From: Scenedesmus sp. PABB004
Lineage: Eukaryota
Assembly (NCBI GenBank): GCA_014905635.1
Contig: JABVCE010000003.1
Span: 372,001-436,000 of the forward strand
Length of the DNA stretch: 64,000 nucleotides
Reading direction: 5' to 3'
Part shown: positions 23,001-35,509 of the stretch, piece after piece
Layout: the number at the start of each line of letters is the position of its first letter
Numbering within the stretch: the first letter of the stretch is position 1
Made by a program: the position numbers and the translations under genes
The notes under the pieces: generated by a model
What the model was told of the DNA's origin: nothing
What the model saw: only the letters and a program-made list of their open reading frames with translations
Databases searched by the model: none

Positions 23001-24321
23001 ATGCGCGGCGCCCTCATGCACGTCTGCTTGCACACCCCCGCACGCGCGCCTCTCGCCCATGCGTGGGCGTGCGGCGGCCCAGCGCGCCGCGCGGCAACCG
23101 CTGCAGCAGCCGCCGGCAAGCGAGACGCGCTGCACTGGGTGGATCCGGTGCACAGGAAGGATGTAGCGGCCATCGTGGAGGCGGCGGAGCGCGCGGCGCA
23201 GCGCTGGGAGGTGCGCTGCCGTCGCCCCGCGGCGCGCCGCTCCCGCGGCGCGCGCCGTTGGAGCGACGCGCCCGCGGCGCCGCGCCAGGTGACCTACACG
23301 CACTTCCACACGCCGCCGGTGGTGGCCGACGCGCTCGCGGCGCTCGCGGGGCGCGGCGACGTCGCGGGCGTGCCGTGGGGCGGCTACGCGCAGGCCGAGC
23401 GCGTGCGGCTCGCGCTCGGGCGCGACGAGGCGCTCGCGGGCGCGGCCGAGGACCCGGCGGGGCAGCTGCCTGGCGCCGTCGCGGCGCTGGAGGTCCGCGG
23501 AAACTTCATGTTTGACCCCGCGGGCCACCGCGACTTCCTGGGCGCGATCCTGGGCACGGGCGTCGTCCGCGACCGCGTGGGGGTGAGCGAGCCCGCGGCG
23601 CGCCCGCCGGGCCGGCGGTCCGGGCGCTGCGCGCGGCGCGCGCGCGCGCGGGCTGACGGGGCCGCGCCGCCGCCGCTCGCAGGACATCCTCGTGCAGGGC
23701 GAGAGCGGCGCGCAGATCCTGGTGGGCGGGCGGGACCGCGCCCGGCAGCGTGGGCGCCGCAGTAGCCACGTGCTGCGCCGCAGCCGGCACCCGACGCGGG
23801 CCCATGCTGCCTGCTGCGCCCGCCCGCGCGCGCGCCCAGGTTGACCCGGAGCTGGTGGAGCACTTTGAGGCGGCGCTCACCCAGGTCCGCACGGTGCCGG
23901 TCGAGACGCGCGGTGTGCCGCTCGCGCAGCTGCGCGTGCCGCCGCCGCGGCGCGAGGAGGTGCACAGCACCGAGGCGTCGCTGCGGCTCGACGCGGTCGC
24001 GAGCGCAGGTGTGCGGCGCGGGGGCCCCGAGCGCGCCGCCGCCGCCGCCGCCGCTCGGGCCGCGCTGTCGCGGACCCTGAGGCGTCGGTCTGCCAACCGC
24101 GCCCCCCTCCCCACGCAGGCTTCCGCATGTCGCGCGGCAAGATGGCCGACCTGATCAAGGCGGGCGACGTGCGCCTCAACTACCGCCCCGCGGCCAAGGC
24201 GAGCGTGGAGGTCAAGGTCGGGGACGTCGTCGCGTGCGCGGGCAAGGGCCGGCTGGAGGTGATCAGCATAGCCACGACCAAGAAGGACCGCTTCGCGGTG
24301 CACATGGTGCGCTCGACGTGA
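23001..24321 (+). CDS. YlmH/Sll1252-like S4-domain RNA-binding protein (photosystem II S4 family), plastid-targeted, 5 exons
   Basis: WGGYAQAERVR, GNFMFDPAGHRDFLGAILGTG..RD.VGDILV, EASLRLDAVASAGFRMSR.K...I..GDVR.N and GKGRLEV. Ala/Arg-rich N-terminal transit-like peptide. Confidence 0.9.
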
Positions 24322-24461
24322 GCGCGCGCGCGCGCGGCGGGCGCGGACGGCGTGGTTACCCGCGCGCGGCCGCCTGTGTGCGGCGCGAGTAAGGGTGACT
24401 GGTCACAGCCGGCGCCGCCCGGCAGCAGCTGCTGCCGCCAGCGCCGGAACCGCCGCCGCGC

Positions 24462-26131
24462 TCACGGCACGGCCTCCGCCGCGCCGCCGCCCTCCGCGCC
24501 GCCGCCGGCTGCCGCGGCGACGTCCGCGCCGGGCGCGGCTGCGCCCCCGCCAGCCGCGCCCGCGCCCGCGCCGCCCGCCGCCGCCGCCGCCGCTGCGGCC
24601 GCCGCTGCCGCCGCGGCGCCGGCGCCGCCGCCGCCGGCGAGCGCGTCGGGCGCGCCGGGCCCCGCGCCGCCGCCGGGCGCGCCGCCGGCCGCGACTGAGC
24701 TGGACACGCGCACGAAGAGGTAGAGCATGGTGAACACGCAGCCCATGGTGGCCGCGACCAGCAGCAGGTTGCGCACGTCAAACGCGGGCCGCCGCCCGCG
24801 CCGCCGCCGGCCGGGGCGCCCGCTGCCGTCGCCCGACTCCTGCGCGTCCCTGCGCGTGCCGGCGCCCGGCGCGCCGGCGCGCGTCGGCGCCGCGCAGGGA
24901 CGCGCCCGACGCGGCGCCGCGCCGCGCGCGCCGCCGCCGCCGCCGCTCACCGCGCCGTGACGGGCAGCCCGGGCGCAAACATGCCTGGGAAGAGGCGCTG
25001 CAGGCTGCGCTTGAGCGGGTGCGCTCGCCGCGCGTACTTGTTGTGCGCCTCGTCGTCCGCGGCGTAGCTGGCCGACCCCGCCGGCAGCAGGCCGTCCGCG
25101 CTGACCACGACCTTGTGCCGCTCCGTCGCGAGGCTCTGCCGTGGCGGGCGGGCAGCGTGGCAGTCGGCGGTGGGCCGCAGCGCGGCGCGCAGCGGCGCCG
25201 CCGCTCCCGCCATGCCCGCCGCCGCGGCCGCTGGCGCCGGCGCGTCCGCGCACCTGCTGGCGCATCGCCGACGACGCGCCCGGCAGCGCCGCGTCGTGGG
25301 CAGACTCCAGCAGTATCGGCGCGCCCGCCGCCGCAGCAAACACGCTGCCGCCGCCGTTGGCGCTCGCGACGTCCGCGCCCTGCGGCGCCGGCGCTCGTGC
25401 TCGCGCTGCGGCAGAGCGGCCAGCGGTGGCGCGGCTGGCGACGCGTGCGCGCGCGGCGCACCTCGACCACGCACAGCTCATCGATGTCCTGCAGCTCGCC
25501 CACGCCCCGCACGGGCTGCCCGCTCTGCGGCGCGGCGGGGCGGCAGCGGCGCGGTCGCGCGGCGTGCGCGCGCACGCCGAGGCCCGCGCGCCGCTGGCAG
25601 GCGGCGCTGGCTGCACGCGCGCACCGCGCTGAAGTAGATCTCTGCTATGCCCGCGAGCTTGAGCTTGGCTTTGACCTGCGGCACGCAGCCGGGCACGCTC
25701 GGGCTCGGCTGTGCGCGGCGGCGGCAAGCACACGCGCGGTGGGCGCACCGCCGCCTGGCGCCGCGATCGCGCGCGCGCCCACCTGGTCGCAGAACTGCTC
25801 CCAGGTGTAGCTGTCAGGCACGGGAATCGCCACCTTCCTGCGGGCGCGCGGAGCGCTAGACGGTGAGCAGCGAGCAGCGGCGGCGTGCTGCTGCTCACGC
25901 TCCTGGCGCCTGGGCGGCCCGCACCGCTTGGGCTTGGAGTCTCGCACGAAGACAAACACCAGGCGGCTCGCCTCCTGCGGCGCCGGCGCCCGGGTCAGCG
26001 GCTGTGCGGCGGGGCGGGGCCCAACCACTCCGGAGATGGCAGCAGGCCACCGTCCCCGTGCAGGCCGCGCCCCGGCTGCCGCGCACCATGTCGCTACTGG
26101 ACAGCCCCAGCCCTCGGCTGCGCGCCGCCAT
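24462..26131 (-). CDS. Uncharacterised protein with an N-terminal ubiquitin-like (KHA/DCX-like) domain and a C-terminal transmembrane helix; start ATG at 26131 or 26089
   Basis: Spliced EASRLVFVFVRDSKPKR|KVAIPVPDSYTWEQFCDQ|VKAKLKLAGIAEIYFSA|SGQPVRGVGELQDIDELCVVE with consistent GT-AG junctions; hydrophobic LLLVAATMGCVFTMLYLFV after a basic cluster. Confidence 0.7.
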
Positions 26132-26393
26132 CGCTGCGTCTGGAGCTGCACGCTCTGCCGCCGCCCCCCGCGCTGTTGCTCCGGCTCTGCCGGGCAGGGC
26201 GGGCAGTCGCGGGCGCTCGTCAGCTGCCGTTGTTGCTGCTGCTGTGGCAGGGTGGCGAGGACGCAGCAGCAGCTCGGAGTGCCTGCTCTGCGCGCCGGCG
26301 TGGGCGTTGGGGCGCAGCGACCAGGGCTCAGGGGTCAGCGCTTCGTGTCCACGCGCAACTGTGACTCCTCCAGCTCCCACCGCCACTGGGAGC

Positions 26394-28867
26394 TCACATC
26401 AGCTCGCGCGCGCGGTCCAGCACGTCCTGCACCCGACTGACCGCCAGCCACGCGTCCACCGCCTCGCCCGCGCCCTGCGCGTCCCCGGGCACGCGCGTGC
26501 GCTGCCCCGGCTGCGTGCCCCCTGCCTGCTCATCCGGGCGGCCCAGCGCGTCGTCGGCGCTGGCCGCCGACAGAGCCTGCAGCGCCTCCGCCACGGCCGC
26601 TGACAGCACCGACAGCGGCTCGCGCAGCCCCCCCCGCAGGCCGTCGCCGTCGTCGGCCGCCGCGCGCCGCTGCAGCAGCGCCAACCGCACCACCGCCAGC
26701 GCGGCGCACAGCGCGTTGGCCTGCACCGCCAGCTGCTCCGCGTCGCGCCAGCCCGCGGCGCCGCCGCGCTGAAGCCAGGGCAGCACGAGCTCCACGCAGC
26801 CCGCGGCGCTAAACGGCCCGCCGCCTGCCGCGCCCAGGGCCAGCTGCTGCCGCACCTCCTGCATGAGCAGCGCCGCGACCTCCGGGTGCGCTGCCCTGCC
26901 GCCGCCTCCGGCCAGCAGCGTGCGGAGGCACGCGTGCGCCACGGCCACGCCCGGCGCGCGCAGCAGCTGCTGCAGCGCGAGCGTCGCCTGGCTGCGCAGC
27001 GCGCCGCTGGGCGCCGAGGCGATGGCGCCGGCGAGCAGGCCGACGCAGGGCTCCAGGTCAGGCAGCAGCCGCGCCGCGTCCGCGTCCGCGTCCGCGTCTG
27101 CATCTGCGTCCGCGTCCGCGTCCGCGCCTCCGCCGCACGCCGCCGCGCGCGCCGCCGCCAGCTGCAGCAGGGCGATGGCCTTGAGCACCACCAGCGCGTC
27201 GCCGCCCGAGGCGCCCGCGAGGCTGCTGCACCAGCGGCAGTGCGCCCGCAGCGCCTCCAGCGCCGACGGCGGCGCACCCGGCAGCTCGACCGCGGCGGGC
27301 AGGCAGGAAGAGTAGAGCGCAGCGAGCGCTGCGCCGGCGCCCTCCTCGCCCTCCGCACCCGCCAGCTCCTCCCACGCGCCGGCACCGCTCTCTTGCAGCA
27401 CGCGCAGCAGGGCGCACGCCGCCGCCGCCGCCGCGTCCGACTCTTCCTCGTCACCACAGCCTGGCTGGCCGCCCGAGGCCGCCCGACGTGCCACCATGGG
27501 CGCCGGCGCAAGCACGCTCGCCGCGTCCGGCAGCGGCGCCGCCGCCGGCGCGCGCAGCACCTGGGCGGCGACGCCCGCCAGCGCCGGCGGCGGCCACGAT
27601 GCCGTGAGGTGCAGCAGCTGGCGCAGCACCAGGCGCCCCAACCCCCGGGCACACGCCTGGCGCGCCGCCGCGTCGCCCTCACGCGGCAGCACCTGCGCCC
27701 CGGCGGCAGCACGCGCGGACGGGTGGCCCCTCGGCGGTGCTGGGCGCGGCAGCTGGCGCCGCGGCGCGCCGCCAGCGCCGCTCGCCGCGGGCTCGCACCG
27801 TGCGCAGCAGCTCGGCCGAAAACTCCTCGTGCAGCCGCCAGCTGGCGGCCAGAAAGGTGTCGACGCGCCGCAGCACGTCCGCCGGGCGCTCGCCGCCGCG
27901 CTCGTCAGAGGCGGCGAGGCGCAGCTGGGCCCCCGCCCAGCCGCCCAGCAGCTCGCCGTGCACCTGGCGCGCGCGCGCGAGGAGGGCGGACGCAGGCGGG
28001 GGTGGCCTCCGCCGCTCGCAGGCGGCTGGCGGCGCCGCTGGCTCAGAGCCCCCGCCCACCTTGGCCACCGCCGCGGCGGGCGCGAGGCACTCTGTGGCAA
28101 ACGCCGCCGTTCGCCGGCTCAGCCGCGCCAGCAACGGCGGCAGCTGCGCCAGCAGGGCGCACAGCAGCTGCACGCCCGCGGCGCTGCGGGCGCGGGGCGG
28201 CGTGGAGCACGCGTGTCAGCGGCCCGCCGGGCGCGCGCGGCGCGGACCAAGCACGTGCGCGGCGGCGCGCCGCGCCTGGCGCCGTCGGGCCGTTGCTGCG
28301 CCGCCGCGAGCAGCTGATCGATGGCCTCCAGCAGCGCCGTCACCGCGTCGCGCGGCGCGGCCGCGCCCGCAGCGAGCGCGGCAAAGCGCTCCAGCTGCCG
28401 CGCCGCGCCGTCCGACGCGCCCGCGAGGCCCACCAGCGGCGGCAGCACCTCCAGCAGCAGCGCGTCCAGCAGCTCCTGCGCCCGGGCGGCGCACGCGCGC
28501 GGGTGCCGGGTCGCGCGCGCTGGCCGCCGCGCGGGCGCTGCCCAGCAGCAGCGGCGGCGGACGCGGCGCGCGGCGCCGCCGCACCCTGCCGCGCTCGCCC
28601 GCCGCGGCGAACGACTCGGTCACGCACGACAGCAGCGCCTCGCACTGCGCGCCGTCGTCTGCCGGCCGGTGCGCGGGGCCGCACGTGAGCGGCGGCGGCG
28701 GCAGCGGCGGCGCGCGGCGCGCCACGGCAGCGCCGCGCACCGGGCGGCGCGGCGGCGACCGCCGCCGCCAGCGCGCCGCGCAGCGCCTCTGCGGCGGCGG
28801 GGTCGCCCGGCACCGCGCCCTGGATCGCCGCCGCGAGGCGCGGCAGCGCGCTGCCGTGTGCCGCCAT
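26394..28867 (-). CDS. Alpha-helical protein, probably ALF4/glomulin family
   Basis: Leu/Ala-rich helical exons. LLLEVLPPLV...APRDAVTALLEAID resembles the SPRD.L..L.EAL region of plant ALF4 as recalled. The exon structure is only partly resolved. Confidence 0.5.
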
Positions 28868-29807
28868 GGCACCCACGGCGGTGCGGGGCGACGGACTGGG
28901 TGCGGCGAGCGGGGCTCGGCGGCCTCCGCCGCCGCGCGCGAGCGGTTGCGCCGCGGCGCAAGCCGCTGCGCCGCCGCGGCGCAGCGCGGCGCGCCGGTCG
29001 CGCAAGCGCGCGGGATCGCAGCAGCGGCCGCCAGTCTGCGCGCTTCACCCCTCGCGCGCCGCGGCCCCCGCGTCCGCGCACGGCGCGCCGCAGCAGCAGC
29101 AGCAGCGCCCCGGGAGCATCCACCCCCGCCCGCGCCTCGCCCGGCCGGCTGCGCGCCCGCGCGAGCGCAAGGCCCAGGCGTAGCGGCACGCCACACCAGC
29201 AGGCGTGCTCAGGCACCTGCAGGAGAGCGCGCCGCGCGGCCCCAGGTGGGCGCCAGGCGCCGCGGCGCGCCGGGCCAGGCGGGCAAGCGGGGCGGCAGCG
29301 CAGGGCGTCGCTTGGGGCGTCGACGGCTCGCGTCGCGCAAGCGCACGCGCCGGGCGGCCGCCCAGCAGCGGCGGGCGGGGTGGTTGCGCGGCCGGCCCGC
29401 GCGGGGGGGCCGCCCGGCGCCCCGCCGCGTGGCGTGTGTGCACAGCGACGTCGACTTCAGCGGCGAGACGCGGCAGCGCGGGCTCGCGGCGCCCCGGGGC
29501 GGAGGGGTGGCAGCCGATGCTGATCAGTTTGATGTGCCCCGCCTGCGCCGGCCGGGGGGCCCCTGGCGCGCCGCGGGGGCGCGAACCGGCGCTCACTGCT
29601 CGCCGCGCCCTCGCCTGACCCCGAGCCGCCGCGCCGGCCCGCCGCCCCGCCGCCGCAGGCTCCGCGGCGCAGCGGGAGCAGCAGCAGCAGCGGCGGCGCG
29701 CGTGCGCCGGAGCAGGAGCGCGGGAGCCGCCGCGCCGCGCGCACCGGCGCCCCACCCGCCGCCGAGGCCGGCCAGCGCGCGCCGCACGCACCGACGCAGC
29801 CGGCGCG

Positions 29808-32800
29808 ATGGCGTCGACGCCGGTGGAGGTCACGCAGCTGCTGCTGCACGCCCAGGACCCTGATGCCAACGTGCGCAGCCTGGCGGAGCAGAAGATCGCG
29901 CAGTTCCAGGAGCATGACTACCCCGGCTTCCTGGCGAGCCTCGCGGCGGAGCTGTCGAGCACGTCCAAGCCCGCCGACAGCCGGCGGCTCGCGGGGCTGG
30001 TGCTCAAAAACACGCTCGACGCCAAGGACGAGGCGCGCAAGGCCGAGCTGCAGGCGCGCTGGGGCGCCGTCGACGCGGGGCTGAAGACCCAGATCCGCGA
30101 CGCGCTGCTCAGCACGCTGCAGATGGAGCCCCAGGACGTGCGGCACACCGCCGCGCTCGTCATCGCCAAGGTCGCGGCGATCGACCTCCCGCGCCGCGAG
30201 TGGCCGGGCCTCATCGCGGCGCTGCTCGCCAACATGAGCGCGCAGCCGCCGCACCACGGCGTGCGCCAGGCGACGCTCGAGGTGCTCGGCTACGTGTGCG
30301 AGGAGATGGGCGCGGTCAGCGAGGAGGTGCTGTCGCCGGAGCAGATCAACATGATCCTCACCGCCGTCGTCGCGGGCATGCGGCCCGACGAGCCCAGCGA
30401 CGACGCGCGCCTCGCCGCGACGACGGCGCTGCAGAACGCGATCGAGTTTGCGGAGCACAACTTTGAGAACGAGCAGGAGCGCACCTACATCATGCAGGTG
30501 CGCGCACGCGCGGCGTGCCTGATGGGCGCGGCGCGGCCGGCGGCGCGGCCAGCAGCGCAGCGGCGGCACGCGCGGCCGGCGGCGCGCCCGGCGGCGCGGC
30601 GACGCGCGGGCGGGCGGCGCAGCTGCGGCCCCTGACCGCCGCGTTCGCGCCGCGCGCGCCGCGGCCGCCGCAGATGGTGTGCCAGGGCACGTCGGCGCGC
30701 GACGAGCGCATCCGCATCGCGAGCTTCACCTGCCTGCACGAGATCGCGACCAACTATTACGCGACGCTGCCGCCGTACATGACCGAGATCTTCAACATCA
30801 GCGTCAAGGCGGTGCAGGAGGACAGCGAGGACGTGGGCCTGCAGGCCGTCGAGTTCTGGTCCACGCTCTGCGACATCGAGCTCGACCTCGCCGACGAGGA
30901 CGACCCGACTGAGGCGCGGCGCGGCGGCGGCAGCGCGGCGGCGGCGCGGCGGCCGGGCGGCCGGGGTCGCCGGGAGGCGCTGCGCGCGCGCCGTGGCGCC
31001 GTGGCGCGGCGACGCCGCGCTGTGCTGCGCGGCTCACGCGCGGCGGTGGCGTCCCGGGTGCGCGCAGGTGAACCACCACTTCATCGCCGCGGTGGTGCCG
31101 CACCTCGTGCCGGTGCTGCTGAAGCAGCTCACCAAGCAGGAGGAGGGCCAGGAGCAGGACGACACCGCGTGGAACCTCGCCATGGCCAGCGGCACCTGCC
31201 TCGGCCTGCTCGCGCGCACCGCGCAGGTGCGGCGCGCCCGCCGCCGCGCCGCCGCGCCGCCGCGCCGCCGGCCGCTGCGCCGCGGGCGCGCTGCCGCGCC
31301 GTGGCCGCGACGCCGACACGGCCGCGCCGCGCGCCGCGGCAGGACGCGATCGTGCCGCACGTCATGCCGTTTGTGACGGAAAACATCGGCAAGAACGGCG
31401 GGCCCGACGACTGGCGGCTGCGCGAGGCGGCGACGTTTGCGTTTGGCAGCATCCTCGAGGGCCCCAGCCCGCGCTGCCTCGCCGACATCGTGCGCCAGGC
31501 CATGGGCTTCCTGCTCGCGGTGCGCGCGGGCGGCCGCGCCACACGCCGGCCACGACCCCGGCGGCCCGGCGGCCGCGCCGCCGCCGCCGCGCCGCCGCCG
31601 CCGCGCGCCGCCGACCCGCCGCCGCGGCCGCCCGCGCGTGCGCGCCGCCGGCAGGCGATGAAGGACCCTCACCCCTACGTGCGCGACACGACGGCGTGGA
31701 CGATCGGGCGCGTGTTTGAGTTCCAGCACGACGCGGGCAACAGCGACGTCCCGGAGCTCATCACGCGCGAGACGCTGCCGCAGGTCGCGCAGGTGCTGGT
31801 CGGCGGCCTCGGCGACAGCGTGCACATCGCGGTGCGCGTGTGCGACGCCGTCGGCCGCCTCGCCGAGGGCTTCGCGGGCTACCCGGGTGCGCCGCTGGTG
31901 GCGGCGCGGCGCGGGCCGCAGCCGCGCGCCCGCCCGCGCGCGCGCCGCGGCGCCGCGGCCTGCCGCCGCCGCCCACGCGCGCCGCCGCTCCGGTGCTCCG
32001 CGCTGCGCGCAGGCCAGTCGAGCCCGCTGTCGCCGTTCTTCAAGGAGATCATCACCGTGCTGCTCTCCACCGCGCAGCGCAGCGACCCCAGCGCCGTCGA
32101 CAGCACGCGGCTCGCGATCAGCGCGTTTGAGGCAATCAACGACATGGTCCGCGCCGCCAGCCCCGACACGCTCGACACGGTCGGCCAGCTCACGCCCGTG
32201 TTCCTGGCCGAGATCAACAAGACCTTTGCCATGCCCGCGGGCAGCGGCGAGCTGCGCGAGAAGCAGGCGGAGCTGCAGGGCCAGCTCTGCGGCGTGCTGC
32301 AGGCGCGGGCCGCGGCGGCAGCGCGGCGCGGCGCGGCGAGCGCGGCGCGAGCGCCGCTGCCCCGCGCACGCGCGCGCGCGCTCACGCGCCGCCCGCGCCG
32401 CGCCGCGCCGCGCGCCGCGCCCCTCTCTCCTGCGTGCGCGCAGGTCATCATGCAGAAGCTGTCCGAGGTGGAGCAGTACAAGGCGGCGGTGCTGCAGTAC
32501 GCGGACCAGATCATGGAGACGCTGCTGCGCGTGTTCAGCGGCCAGGCGGGGCAGGCGAGCGTGCACGAGGAGGCGATGCTCGCGGTCGGCGCGTTCACGT
32601 ACGCCTGCGGCCGCGCGTTTGCAAAGTACCTGCCCGCCTTCTACCCTTTCCTCAAGATGGGGCTCATGAACCACGCAGAGTGGCAGGTGCGCGCGCGTGT
32701 GCGACACCGCGGCTCCGCTGTGTGTGGGTCTGTGGGTGTGTGGGTGGGCGTGGGTTGGCAGATGGGACCTGCCCGCGGCTGGTGCGGGGGCGGCGGCCGT

Positions 32801-33963
32801 GCGCGCTGACCACCGCGCCGCCGTGCGCCGCCGCCGCGCGCGCGCGCGGCCGCCAGGTGTGCCTGTCGACGGTGGGCGTGCTCGGCGACGTCGCGCGCAA
32901 CGTCGAGTCGGACCTGCTGCCCTACTGCGACGAGATCATGCAGCTCCTCATCCACAACCTCAGCAGCAACGACGTGCACCGCAGCATCAAGCCGCAGGCG
33001 CGCGGGGGCGCCCCCGCACCGCCCCGCCCCGCCCCGCGCGGCGCCCCGCGCGCGGCGCACCCTCCCTGCCCGCCGCGAGCCCGGCCCGGCCCGGGCCCGG
33101 CGGCTCAGCCCCCGCGCCGCGCCGCCCCGCGCCGGTGCGCGCAGATTCTGTCGACGTTTGGCGACCTCGCGCTGGTGCTGGGCGACGCGTACGAGAAGTA
33201 CCTCGACACGGTCAAGCGCATGCTCGCGCAGGCGATGCACCTCAGCGTCATGCAGGCACGCCCGCCCCGCCCGCGCCCGCCTCGGCCCGCGCGCTGCGCC
33301 TCGGCCGGCGGCAGGCGCCGCGGCTGCGCCGGCCCGCCCGCTCACACAGCCACGCCCACGCGCCGGCTCACGCGCCCACTCACGCGCGCGCGCGGCCGCC
33401 CTCTCGAACCCGCGCAGGCGCAGGCGAGCGCGGACGACGACTTCCTGGACTACAACAACGAGCTGCGCATCGGCATACTCGAGGCCTACTCAGGCATCTT
33501 CCAGGGCCTCGGATCAGGCGCGATCACACGCCGCGCCGCTCGCGCCCGCGCCCGCCCGCGCTGCGCGCCGCGCGGGGCCGCGCCGCGCGCCCGCGCCTCC
33601 CCGCGCTGCGCGCGCCGCGGCGCGTGCCCATGCCGCCGCCGCGCCCGCGCCCGCGCCCGCGCCGTGCGCGCAGGCAAGGCGGAGGCGTACATGAAGGGCG
33701 AGGTGCCGCTGATCGTGGAGTTTGCCAACAGCATAGGCCGCGACGCGACGCCCGACGACACGGTCGTGCGCAACTGCGTCAACCTGCTCGGCGACATCGC
33801 GACCGTGGTGCCCGGCGTCGGCCCGCTGCTGCAGGCGTCGAGCAGCAAGGACTGGGAGAAGCTGCTCGCGTACTGCCACGACAGCGGGCACCTGCTCGGC
33901 GACACCGAGTGGGCGATCAACGCGGTCAGCGCGGCGGTGCAGCAGGGCGGCGCGGCGTCGTGA
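29808..33963 (+). CDS. KPNB1: Importin subunit beta-1, 11 exons
   Basis: IBN_N region RRLAGLVLKNTL; IAKVAAIDLP..EWP.LI; TLEVLGYVCEE; QAVEFWSTLCDIE; WNLAMASGTCL.L.A; WRLREAATFAFGSILEGP; VRDTTAWTIGR; VHEEAMLAVGA; IKPQILSTFGDLAL; YNNELRIGILEAYSGI. Confidence 0.96.
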
Positions 33964-34174
33964 GCGGGGCGGCGCGCGCGGCGCGCCGCGCGGCGCGCGC
34001 GCGGGGCGCGCAGCGGCGCGCCCCGCGCCGGCGCCGGCGGCGCCCGCGGGGTGGCGGCGGTAGCGTAGCTGGGCGGAGCGGCGCGCGCGGGGCGGGGCGG
34101 CGGCGGGCGCGGGGCGGGGTCCCCTGCAGTGCACATGCGAGCGCCGCCGTCGTGCATGCCGGGGAGAGCGTGAT

Positions 34175-34235
34175 TTACATGTACAGGCGGCCCGCCGCTT
34201 GGCTTGGGGCGCAGCCGCGGCGCGCGCGTGTGTAA
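34175..34235. promoter_or_regulatory. Opposed TGTAA poly(A) signals: minus strand 34179-34175 (ALG13) and plus strand 34231-34235 (importin beta)
   Basis: ttaca at 34175 and tgtaa at 34231, between convergent stop codons. Confidence 0.6.
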
Positions 34236-34295
34236 CGCCCGCGGCTGCGGCCCTCCCGCGCGCGCCGCGCCGCCGGCAGGGCCCGCCCGTCGGCG

Positions 34296-34860
34296 TCAGT
34301 CCGCCGCGCTGCGCCGCCCCATGAACGCGTCGATCGCCGCCACGATGCCGCCCGCGCCGCCGCCGTCGGGCGGCAGCGGCCGCAGCGCGCCCGGCTCCAG
34401 CGCGCGCACCGCGTCCAGCAGCTGCTCCGGCGCGGCGCAGACCTGCGCGGGCAGGCGGGTGGGCCGTGCGCGGCGGCGGGCCGGCCTCCTCCGGTGTGCT
34501 GCCGCGGCCCGCGCGCGCCGCACCACGGCGTGCAGCGCCGCCAGGTGGTCGCCCAGCTCGGCCTGGTGATTGTCCATGAGCAGCGGGTTGGGCACCACCA
34601 CGAGCGGCTTGCCCGCGCCCAGCGTCTCAAAGATGCTGCCCGAGCCTGCGCGCCGCGCGGCACGGCGCAGGGCGCGCGGGCTCGGCAGGCGCGCGCCGGC
34701 GCCGCGGCGCCCGCGGCTGCGCGCCGCTGGCGCGGCCGACGCGGGCGCGCGCCGCCAGGACCCCCTGCGCGCCGCCGTACCCGCGTGGCTGATGATGAGC
34801 GCTGCGCTGGCGATGTGCGCAGCGAGCGACGGCGAAAAGTCAAAGACCCTGCGGCGCAGC

Positions 34861-34896
<36 letters not shown>

Positions 34897-35291
34897 TGAC
34901 GCGGCCGCTGCCCCGGCTGCCTGCCTGCGGCCGGCCCTGCGGCGCCCGGCTGGCCGCGCAGGCGCCGCGGCGCCGCGCCCTCACTCGACGTGCAGCCCGC
35001 TCGCCGCGTGCCGGCCCGCCGTCGTCGCGCCGGGCGGGAGCAGGCGCGCGGGCGCGTACGCGCCGGCGCCCTTCTGGATCACGAGCTTGGTGTAGCCCTT
35101 GGCCGCCAGCGCCGCCGCAAAGTCGGGCGAGTCCACCGCCCTGTGTGCGTGGGCGGGGGCATGGGCTCGGCACGCGCGGCGTGCTGCGATGCTGCGAGGA
35201 CCGGCGCCGGTGCCGCCGCCGCTGCGCAAACCCACTTGATCAGCGCCTCGAACTTGGTGGTGCCCACGGTCACAAACACGGAGCGCTCCTG

Positions 35292-35322
<31 letters not shown>

Positions 35323-35351
35323 CCGGCGGCGGCGCCGCGCGTCTGCACCAT
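34296..35351 (-). CDS. ALG13: UDP-N-acetylglucosamine transferase subunit ALG13
   Basis: [32 protein letters not shown]...[37 protein letters not shown]. Confidence 0.95.
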
Positions 35352-35509
35352 CGGCTGCAGCGGTTGCGAACCGCCGCCGACCGCGGTGCCGCCGCTGGCC
35401 GCAGGTCCTGGAGAGCTTGGCGGCGTAGCGGTGCGCTGCTTCAGCGGCGGCGCGGCGGCGGGGTGGGGATGCAGGGCGGGCGGCGAGTGCCGCTGCGTTC
35501 GCTGCTGCT

